Shown: positions 40,801 to 50,470 of the stretch, piece by piece
How the letters are laid out: each line of letters starts with the position of its first letter
Position numbering within the stretch: the stretch's first letter is position 1
Origin: Antedon mediterranea
Taxonomy: Eukaryota; Animalia; Echinodermata
Direction: 5' to 3'
Length of the DNA stretch: 64,000 bases
NCBI RefSeq assembly: GCF_964355755.1
Contig: NC_092674.1
Coordinates: forward strand, 7,130,001-7,194,000
The notes under the pieces: generated by a model
Database searches by the model: none
What the model was told of the DNA's origin: nothing
Seen by the model: only the letters and a program-made list of their open reading frames with translations
Made by a program: the position numbers and the translations under genes

Positions 40801-41368
40801 TTTAACAGCCCCCCAACTATTTTTTCTACCAAGATTTTGCAAGGTTTATGAATGTGTGTATGAAAGCGTGTAAAAAAAACGTGTAAATATACAATCAACC
40901 ACTCGGAATTCAGACAAAGTAATACACTTTACTAAATACTAACCATCTTTGTAGAAAGCCATTTTGAGAGAAGAGTGAATGAAGGTGGATCAGTACTTGG
41001 GTATGTCTTTGGATATTGAAAGTGAAGTACCAGGGGTGGTAAGTGGTTGACGCAAAGGTAAGTACCATCATCTGTCTTCTTTAGCTTACTACCTATTATA
41101 TCAGACAAAAAAACAGTTTGATAATGTGTTCCCGCGCACAAGGTCATAATTATAGAAGCAAAACAAAAAAAACCGAAATATTACCAAGATTCAACGCCTT
41201 TGTTGTCTGCTTTTCCGAAAGCATAATGTAGAACGGTTGTTGTGGAAGCTGAAGCGGTAACGTCAATTTCCCACCTCTTTTGTCGTCTGCTGGTCTGAAC
41301 ATTTTCTCATCTTCATAAATACTACTAAGGGCGAGTAACTCATCTTCTTGTTCATTTGCATTTTCCAT
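37821..41368 (-). CDS. RNF14: RBR-type E3 ubiquitin ligase RNF14 (ARA54): RWD, RING1, IBR and RING2 domains, 485 aa
   Basis: The exons are 41368-41185, 41092-40944, 40436-39924, 39214-38986, 38800-38628 and 38030-37821 (1458 nt, GT-AG, phases consistent). Motifs are QEDELLALSSIY, HLPPLVLHF..YPS..PPSFTL..KWL, CSVCFNEK..CSHVYC..C, YCPR..C and CPSCGTHIQKIDGCNKMTC..FCWLC. Confidence 0.96.
38073..38461. repeat. Tandem repeat, ~127 bp x3, with internal hairpin (RNF14 last intron)
   Basis: Each unit has TGGCTGCGACA..TGTCGCAGCCA. A related inverted fragment lies at ~30500-30572. Confidence 0.92.
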
Positions 41369-42252
41369 TTTTGGTGCTATAAAGTTTGATGATGCAATTT
41401 ACCTTTTAAATTTCAGCATATCTGAAAACATAAATTAACATTATTGAGTGGAACCAGTCATGACTTTTCTAGGGCAAGTTAAACAGCTGTATTGTGCACT
41501 TTTTTGTTTGGACCCTGGCTGGGGGTCAGTTACACAGTAGCTATAGGCCTACTACTACTAGTATAATTATAGGGAGGTTTATCCAGCCAGGTACTAGGCG
41601 GCAGGCCTACTCTACAACTAAAGGCCAACTCAGACAGCTTTGTACGACGAGACGTCTTGTCTGAACTTGACTCGTCCGTACTGTGCTGGGCTGGGCCTAC
41701 TATATACAGTACTACTATAGTACTACAGGCCTATCCAGCCTCTAGACCTAGCTAGGCCCTAGGGACATGCTAAGTCTACATAGCCTAGGCCTACTTAATA
41801 AATAAGTTCTAATTACTACTCTATCATAATCTAGCCTAGGCTAGACCTAGGAACTTAACACCTTTAGCTATTACTCTTGGAGAACTGACTAAACTCGATT
41901 AGTATGTGTTCTACCTTTTTTACACACCTACTACTAGCCTAGTACAGTTTTTTTCAGCGTGTTTATTCCCTCTGCTGTCATTCATAAAATCTATAGAGCG
42001 TGATGGATGGCCGCCGGCTCTGCTTGTTTTTATTGGTGACTACTTCTTCGCATGCAGCTAAAGTAAAATGACGTCACGTTAAAGCGTGTCGTCACAGAGT
42101 CTCATGCATATGCAAAAGGAGATTTTGTCTCTGCTTCTTGTGCGCTCATGATTTTACAAAATGTTTTCAGAGTGATTAATTAATGATGGTGCGATCGGTG
42201 GTACAGAAAATAATCCGATATTGTTCCAGATAACAAAGAAGCAGATTAAATA

Positions 42253-45200
42253 ATAATAATAATAATAATTTATTTGGAGATTATACTTTTACAACAGTGG
42301 CACTCGACCAAATGGAAGGTGCATCCAAGAGAAATATACAAAAAAAAAAAAACATGATATAGAAAATAACAATTACAATAAAAAGTCGACGTAGGTCAAC
42401 ATGTCAAAACAATTCAACTACAGTAACTACAATACCATTGAACTGACACCTAAAAATACAAAATTACAAGAAATAAACATATAGAATAGGTAGGAACTGT
42501 ACAATATAAAATGAATTGGGCAACAACAATGTAGACCTAACACTATAATGAGATAGATATCAATCATTTAGTGAGATAGATATCAATCATTTAGTTTGAT
42601 TGATATGAACATTACTCGCCTAGAATAATACATCTGTGTGCCCAAGCTCTTTTAACATAGTGCTTACAGTAACAATCAAAGATATTTGATATGGAATCGA
42701 CGTCATACATATAATGATAGTAGTTATCAGTTCCACCTAATACAAGATTTAATTTGGTGTTCAGGTCACCAGAGATAAAATTTTCCCATACATCTAAATG
42801 ATTGATATCGATTAACATATATTCTAATTTGGTATATTCTTCAATCCTTATGCCATTGAGTTGGTTACATGTGAATAGAAAATGTTGAATGTCTTCTAAA
42901 CCATTCTTACACATTTTACAGATACCATCATATTCAGGAAGCCACTTACAACTCCTGTGACCTAAAGGAAGGGTGTTAGAACGTAGTTTGAATTTGAGGC
43001 TAGATCCTAGAAAGTCTGTACAATTCAATAAATATTTTTCAAGGCACGGATTAGACTTAATAAGAGAGTATGTCTGAAGTGACGATTTTCTTAGCATTTC
43101 ACTTTTCCAAAATGCAAATGTTTGTGTCATGCATTAACTCTTTAAATCTCTTAACCCAATGACTATCAGGGTCATTGCCAAGGTAGGAAGTTTCGAAAAT
43201 TGAGTCAATGTCCATATTAATAGACGCACACGTCTTAGCAAAACTGGGAATCAGTTTATAGCGTGGTTCTACATTTGTAGTTGAACTTAAACACGTATTA
43301 AGCATAAAGTTAGGCCAACGGTGTTTATCCATGTTCATTACATAATTAATAAATTTGGCTCTAGATATATCTTGAATAACTTTAATTGGAACCCACCCTA
43401 AATCCCCATACAAGGCCTCTTTAGGTGTATTTCTACTAGCTTTTAAGATGTACCGCGCCATTTGTAATTGAAGTGACTCAATTTTATCAATATCTTTCCT
43501 GCTTTGGCTAACCCACACTGAACAAGCATAATTTATTGTAGGAAGAGCAATTGTTTTCCATACAATGTCACCATAGAAAATTCTACTAAAATTATCAAAT
43601 CGGTCTATAATTGACTTAATATAAGCAATGACTCTATTGCCTTTATTGATGATTTGGTCGATGTGAAAATGATCTGAAATATTTCTTGATATGCAAGTAC
43701 CAAGATATTTATAGGTTTCAACCTCAGAAATATATTGATCGCCCAATTTCCACATCTTATTGTTTATGCGCTGTCCAACAATAAGGACCTTCGACTTTTC
43801 ATGATTAAAATTTAATTTCCATGACTTTGCAAATTTAGATGCTAGATTGAGCATCTCACTCAGATCATTTTCATTGTTTGCCATAAGTACAACGTCGTCT
43901 GCCCAAAAAAGGCTACCCATGCATACATTATAAATACGAACACCTAGATCATGTTTTTTGAGTAATTTGGTAAACTCGTGCATAAGAATACAAAACAAAG
44001 TCGGTGATAAAACACATCCCTGTTTAACTCCTCCATCAATATTAAAGAATTTAGTGTCTATTTTACCAAATCTTACTTTACCTTGCACATTGTGATATAA
44101 ACTATCGATTAATTTCCATAGCCTACCTCTAATCCCAATATTCCATGCTGCCATTAGCATTCCTTCCCTCCAAACCGTATCGAAGCGGCTTTTTTAAAAT
44201 CTAAGAAAGCCATGAAGGTTTTTTTCCCTTCAAGCAGACGACAGGAAGCTATGCTTTTGAGGGTAAATATGTGATCCTCACATCGTCGCGAAGGTCTAAA
44301 CCCTCCCTGTACTTCTGACAACACATTTTTATCTTCCAGAAAGTTAGAAATATTGTTTGAAATGATTCGGTTAAATATTTTCGAGATACATGGAGTAAGG
44401 GAAATCCCCCTGTAGTTATTAAGATCCCTGCGGTCCCCCTTTTTATGAACGGGTACAATAATACTTTTATTCCAGTCATTTGGAACTTTTTCTAAAGCAA
44501 TTATTCTATTAAATAAAGAAAGGATTGACATATTCAAACATTGACCACCATTTTTTAAAATTTCATTAGTGATCGTGTCAATTCCAGGTGATTTATTGTT
44601 CTTTGACCTTAAAATTGCGGTTTCAACAATATCTAAATTCAATTCAACATCTGAGGCCCTGTTTCTGCTGCCAACTAAATACCGTATATTATACGGTATT
44701 TTTTTAATACCGTATATATACGGTATATTTTTGGCAGCAGAAACTGCGCTCATAAAAAATATACCGTATTTTGTATACCGTATTTTCCCCACAAAATTTG
44801 TGGATAAAATACGGTATTTACAAATTTATACCGTATTTTTTGTACCCGTTTCTGCTGCCAATAAAAAATACCGTATTTTTTTTTACATGACAAAAGGTCA
44901 CCATTCGTGTTTTTATTTTCTGTCGCTGTTAGCTGCTTTACACACATGTATAGATATATTCGGCGAAAATGTGGAGCGAATACGTCACAGTTTTACTAAA
45001 TAAATGTGTGTGGGGAAGCTAAAATGTCTGACCAACTAAAAGGTAATAAAAGGGACAACCACATTTATAAAGACATTTCTAACAAAATAAAGCAGGAGTA
45101 TGGAATAAACTTGTCTCCAAAGCAAGTAAACTCAAAGCTGAAGAGCCTGCGAAAGCAGTACAACATTGCAAAATACAATAACTCGGGGAGGGAACGAATT

Positions 45201-46920
45201 AATTGTCCCCATTACGATGTTTTCTGTGCTCTCACAACATCTCTATCACTAGGGCTAGGCTGTTGAAAGTGAGACGTAAAACTTCCTTTATTGCGACTTT
45301 TAATTATCGATCAAATAAATGAATGGCAATTTGGGTAAAAAAGATGAAATTTAACACGACCACCCAAGAAGTATTGTTAGCAGAAACGGGGTACTAAAAA
45401 ATACGGTATAAAAAATACCGTATTTTATACCGTATTTTTATACCGTATTTTGAGCAGTTGCAGCAGAAACAGGCCCTGAGAGAAATTCATCAGTCGTTGT
45501 GGGCATTTTTTGTGGTTCTAATGTTATTAATAAAGGTATTAATTTGTTTAGTTCGTTCATCAATTTCGGCCAAATTAGTTTTACCTAATGTTTGCCAGTA
45601 ATCAAGGGCTATTTGGTTCATTTCCTTTTCGTCGGAGACTATTTCACTAGAATCTGGTCTTTTGATACAACTAACAGGCTGGTTACGATTACTGCCTTTT
45701 AACAGTTTCCAAAAATCGCTACAGTTACGTCCACCTTTGTTTGCCAATTCAATAGACTTATTCACACGCATTTCAGTTATTTTAGTTTTAATCAGTTCTT
45801 TAGCATAAGACCGTTTCTCTTGGTAAGATTTCCATAAATCATCACCATTCTTATTGGGGTCGAGACCCTTAGCCCATCTACGATGAAGACGCGATGCTTC
45901 CCTTCTATCTTTAGGCCTAATAGCCGCATCGACATTTTCATCAAACCAAGAGTTGCATTTAATGTTAAAATTATTTTTCTTAATTCCTATACCCTTTGTC
46001 GCGGCCAATATAAGGTTATTTTTCCATGAATCCCAAAGACAATTAACATCATTAAAGGAATCTGCATCCCATTCGCGAAACAATATCCGAATGTGTTGCT
46101 TAAACAAAGACAAATCTTGATTCCTTTGGATATTCCAACATATTATGCTATTTTGATAATTAATATTTTTATGATAGATATTATTAATATATAATTTAAG
46201 GAGAAGGACATTGTGGTCACTCCCAAGACCCATCACCCTGTCGTCATCAATAATAAATTCATTTACACAATTGAGTACACTATTAGAGCATAACATGTAA
46301 TCAATTGTACTTTGCAAGTTATTCCTGAACCATGTAAATTTCCCCGTACAATGATCACTACAATTTAAAATAGCTAAGTTTGAATTGTCACGAAAATTCA
46401 ATAGCCGTACACCATTAGAGTTTAAAACAGGATCACCATTGGATATTTCCCCACCGATTCTGGCATTCATATCCGACATCACAATAATTTTGGGATCAGT
46501 ATTATCATCTTCAATACGTAAAATTTCAGCGAGAAGCTGGTTGTATAATTCGTCAGTCAGATTACTGTCAGAACCTTCAACAGGGAAATATGCAACAGCA
46601 ACGAATAAAGTTTCGTTTTGGTTACCATTATACTATAGCATAATTTTAACCAAAAACTTTCGTAAACATCAGACATTGAATTAAAAACATCATCATCAAG
46701 AACAGTTATACAATCAGAGATGAATGCACCAATACCACCACCTCCTTTAATTTTCCTACTTTTACCAATCCAACGAAATCCGTTGACATAATCAATATTT
46801 ACATTTGCCTTTACTTTAGAAATGTTTCTGCCACGCCAAAAACATGTATATTACAATCGTGTAAAAACTTTGAAATTTCATGCAATATAGTTGTTTATTC
46901 GACCCATTTGTTATTGGCTT
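42253..46920 (-). mobile_element. Non-LTR retrotransposon (L2/RTEX-like; endonuclease, RT and C-terminal CCHC-like motif), frameshifted and 5'-truncated
   Basis: ORF pieces show SDMNARIG, TIDYML, KSPGID, NYRGISL, QGGFR, GVKQGCVLSP, FWADD and CKMC..HFLFTC. There is an (ATT)n 3' tail. The 16-bp TSD AGAAGCAGATTAAATA is at 42237-42252 and 46921-46936. Confidence 0.9.
44655..45476 (+). mobile_element. Non-autonomous PIF/Harbinger element with Myb/SANT-like fragment (copy 2), inserted in the LINE
   Basis: Same TIRs as 6703-7527 in opposite orientation; TGA TSD at 44652-44654 and 45477-45479; ORF 45006-45266. Confidence 0.92.
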
Positions 46921-47598
46921 AGAAGCAGATTAAATATAGTTGTTTATTCGACCCATTTGGCTTGCTTAGATGCCTAGCCCTATAGACAGACTTTCTATGA
47001 TACCTACTCACTAGCGGCCTAACTAAAGACAAGTAAAATACAGTATACACTACCCACTATCAGGCCATCCATATCCTCCCCTTCATCGTTACCGCGTGGC
47101 ATTGTGCAGATACTAACCCAGCATACTAGCTAACTTCCCACCCACCCTAGCTCTCAGGTATGCACTGCGCTGCCACTAACTACAGACAGTAGGAGGCCTA
47201 GCCTAATTCGGGCCTCATGTCTTGCAGCATTTGAAAATACATACTAATATTGTACATTATTATTATTTTGTATTCGCACTGGAAGTATCTAGGCTCTCCT
47301 GTCATGTTAAAATTAAAGTATATTATTTATTATCCTCAGCAGTGAAAACAATTATATTTTGTTGTATATTTTCGATAAATCTCGCGTCGCGTGTGTGTGG
47401 TGGTGGAAAAAACTCTCAGCAAGTTTGCTTCATTTATATGCATGAGACTCTGTGACGACCCACTTTAACATGACGTCATTTTACTTTAGCTGCATGCGAA
47501 GAAGTAGTCACCGTTTTTATTTGAATACTGCCATCTATAGTTTCTCAGTTAATCGATATTTATATGACGAAATAAATGGTTATTATCCGTTTTCAATT

Positions 47599-47695
47599 GG
47601 GCTGGCTTGGCTAAGTGGTTACTTCGTTTAAATGAATTCATATGATATTATTTGTCCAAACACAAATCAACCACTGGCGCTGTCCAGTCCTTTTT
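47599..47695 (+). ncRNA. Vault RNA, copy 1
   Basis: The 5' end GGGCTGGCTTGGCTAAGTGGTTACTTCG and 3' end CCACTGGCGCTGTCCAGTCC-TTTTT match recalled human vtRNA1-1 ends (GGCTGGCTTTAGCTCAGCGGTTACTTCG and GGGCGCTCTCCAGTCCTTTT). It has A box TGGCTAAGTGG and a terminal panhandle. Confidence 0.88.
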
Positions 47696-48102
47696 ATTCC
47701 ACTATTTATTACCTGTCCTACCTATACATTTAATCATTGATCTTCTGGTCACCGAAATTATACGATAATTATACTCTATTTACATATTTTATTAGTAGTG
47801 TATTACTTTTGGCAAGACGGGAGTTCAAGAGAGGACGTACCTAGTTACCAAATTAATTACTTTGTGCTTTTTTTTGACAAACATTGATAATTTATTTTTT
47901 TAACGCAATTAACATCGGTTATATTCGTTTTCATTCAATTCCCTCTGCTTTTTTTTTAAGAAACACAGGCAAATAATATGGCACAACATAGAGCATGACC
48001 ACAACCATCATTGTTTTATTTAAATACTGCCATCTATAGTTTATCAGTTAGTCGATATTATGACGAAATGGTTATAAGCTTATTTACCATCCGTTTTCAA
48101 TT

Positions 48103-48197
48103 GGGCTGGCTTGGCTGAGTGGTTACTTCGTTTAAACACAATTTGCTAATTTGTCAATACAACACTAACCAACCACTGGCGCTGTCCAGTCCTTTTT
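48103..48197 (+). ncRNA. Vault RNA, copy 2
   Basis: Same conserved ends with a different central loop; TATAA near -30; T5 terminator. Confidence 0.88.
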
Positions 48198-48614
48198 ATT
48201 CCACTATTTCTAACATGCATACATGTAATCATTAATTTTCCGGTGGGCTTGTAATCACCGAAAATCTAAAATAATAATAATAATGTAGTAATTTTAGTAC
48301 TGTATCACTTTTGACAAGACGGAAGTTCGAGCGAGGACGTACCTAATTACCTTTTAAAAAAAAATTAATTACTTTATGTTTTTGTTTTGTGACAACCATT
48401 AATTATTTATATTTTTAACGCAATTAACATCGGTTTTATTCGTTTTCATTCAATTCCTTCTTTTTTTTAGAAACACAATAGTTTTGTAAAACGAATTTTG
48501 CTGTATATAATAATAATAGTACAGTAGTACTAATACTAATAGAACAACGCCCCCTATGTATTGCATAACACCCTCGTCATAGAATATAACGTTAAATACC
48601 CAATACATTCTCTT

Positions 48615-48707
48615 GGGGCGGCTTGGCTAAGTGGTTACTTCGAAAACACGGACTTTTGGCTATGTTGTGATACTGCAATTGTACCATTGGCGCTGTCCGT
48701 CCTTTTT
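48615..48707 (+). ncRNA. Vault RNA, copy 3 (divergent)
   Basis: GGGGCGGCTTGGCTAAGTGGTTACTTCG..CCATTGGCGCTGTCCGTCC-TTTTT; compensated terminal stem; TATAA at 48585-48589. Confidence 0.85.
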
Positions 48708-48885
48708 ACCCCCTTTTTTTTTGTAGAAGCAGCACTCTACTTTTATTTATGGTATTTTCTGGGTGGGTAAATTTTAATACACTTTCTTCATGTTGTTTAT
48801 TTAAATAATTAAAATTATTTAACATAATAAATTACAACAAAACACAAAAAAAGAATAGACATTGACTCCATGAATATAAAGTAAG

Positions 48886-49500
48886 GATTTTTGATTTGAT
48901 TTGATTTATTTCGGCATCAGTACATAAAATATCACAGACATACAATTAAAATTGGCAAATATAAAAATACCAAAATAAAACAAGGATGCCAAGGAAAACT
49001 CATAAAAGTCCTCTACGGACTTGTTTCCAATGAGGTCCTTTGAAAGAACAGCAAAAAAGACAAACAATGCAACATATAAAAATTACAAAAAAACAGCAAA
49101 AAAGGACAATCGAAAAAAGAAGAAGCGCTAATTAAATAGTTTCTAGAGCTAGTGAACGTTCCTGTAGATACTTTTTAACTTTACTTTTAAAACAACAAAC
49201 AGTTTGTGATTCCTTAATGTTAATTGGTAAATTATTCCATTCTTTAATAGCATTGTAAAAAAAGGTCACATGTGCCATTGGCTTGATAGTTGGGATTCTA
49301 AAATTAAAATTGCATCCCCTAGTATTGTAATTATGACTGTCTGAAATTCTAATAAAACGATTGCATAAATAAGGTGGACAACAATGATTATATATTTTAA
49401 AAACATGACAGACTCTAAGAAATTCGACACGGTCTTGGACTTTTAACATACCAACGTCGTTTAGCTGAGAAACGTCGTTTAGGACTGAAAAATTACTTTC
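48886..49500 (-). mobile_element. 5'-truncated CR1/L2-group LINE 3' end
   Basis: ORF 49132-49503 (HVFKIY..HNYNTR..FFYNAIKEWNNLP..FKSKVK); AATAAA followed by a (CAAAT)n tail on the minus strand. Confidence 0.85.
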
Positions 49501-49674
49501 CAAAAAATAAACTACTATGTCCCTCTCTTTCTCTCTGAATCCCCATTTGGAAATTTGGCATATACTGTTAACAGATCGTTTAAAAAATATTGAAATATTT
49601 AAAAGTGACTAAATAAATGAAATGACGCTTATTAGATTTTAAAAACGCTTAGAAATAAAAAAAATAAAAATATG

Positions 49675-49746
49675 AGGTCCCACCGAGATTTGAACTCGGA
49701 TCGCGAGATTCAGAGTCTCGAGTGCTGACCGTTACACCATGGGACC
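49675..49746 (-). tRNA. tRNA-Gln (anticodon CTG)
   Basis: GGTCCCATGGTGTAACGGTCAGCACTCGAGACT-CTG-AATCTCGCGATCCGAGTTCAAATCTCGGTGGGACCT; all stems pair; T-run terminator follows. Confidence 0.96.
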
Positions 49747-50319
49747 GGTTGAAAGGACGAGACGGATCTAGACTACTTGAACATTGATCGTACATTAAAT
49801 CTTCATAATACGATTTGTTTTATACTATTTGGTGGTACAATAGATGAATTAGAATTCTATGTTTTAACTCGTATAAATTTTATGATAAATAACTACTATA
49901 AATGTGTTAATAACTGTCGCGTGATTGTTCCATTCATATTATTTCCTTATATGGCATACGAGATATTCCACAAGTAGCCAATGGGAAAGTGTAAGAAGAC
50001 ACAATAGCTAGTCTCGCCCATAAACAATGTTCAGCGGTTCAAAGTACGTAGCAGCAGAGCCAAGTGGACTTGGACGATTGAGAGCCTACCTAAAATTACT
50101 TGAATTATCAGCATTTTCTGTCATATTTTTAGTTATTATTATTTACAACGTGTGCTGAACATACAAGTTTCTGAAGCCCAAACGGCTGTTTCCACGTGCC
50201 TTGCTTGTAAGTAGACCAAGTGCACCAGGCGCACATACTTAGTTAGGCCTGAAAAAGTTATGTTTTGTTGTCACTGTGTGTACTGTTATTGCCTCCCATA
50301 CAATAAGGTACTTCTGTTC

Positions 50320-50470
50320 GTCTGGGTGAGGGGCGTGTCGTCTTCGAACTGTCTGCAGAGGGCTGAGGAAGACGGCCGGGGTGGGGTGAGGTTCGTTGTT
50401 GTATCGTGACCTACTGTAGCTAATTCATCAGAACTAGCCTAGACTTAGTTTAGTAGGTGTGTATTAGTAA
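50320..50470 (+). promoter_or_regulatory. Candidate promoter or first non-coding exon of a downstream gene
   Basis: A locally GC/CpG-rich patch with GC/GT boxes (GGGGCGTG, GGGGTGGGG) is followed by GTAAG donor-like sites. No coding exon was found in the window. Confidence 0.3.

Larger units (their letters stand above)
42035..47512. mobile_element. Mutator-like (MULE) non-autonomous element, ~0.8 kb when empty, carrying a nested LINE
   Basis: 77-bp TIRs GGTGACTACTTCTTCGCATGCAGC.. (42035-42111 and 47436-47512, 3 mismatches). The 9-bp TSD GTTTTTATT is at 42026-42034 and 47513-47521. Confidence 0.88.
47513..48478. repeat. Tandem duplication of a ~500-bp unit containing vault RNA copies 1 and 2
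   Basis: Shared blocks include AATACTGCCATCTATAGTTT, GAGGACGTACCTA and TTTTAACGCAATTAACATCGGTT. Confidence 0.92.

Noticed and set aside
42035-47512. Novel autonomous element combining TIRs with reverse transcriptase
   Set aside because: The RT region has its own tail and 16-bp TSD, so it is an independent LINE insertion and is frameshifted.
47599-48707. Y RNA or tRNA-derived SINE interpretation
   Set aside because: Both ends match vault RNA motifs (GGTTACTTCG and GGCGCT.TCCAGTCC). There is no Y-RNA Ro-binding stem (GGUCCGA/UUGACU), and no A tail or TSD.
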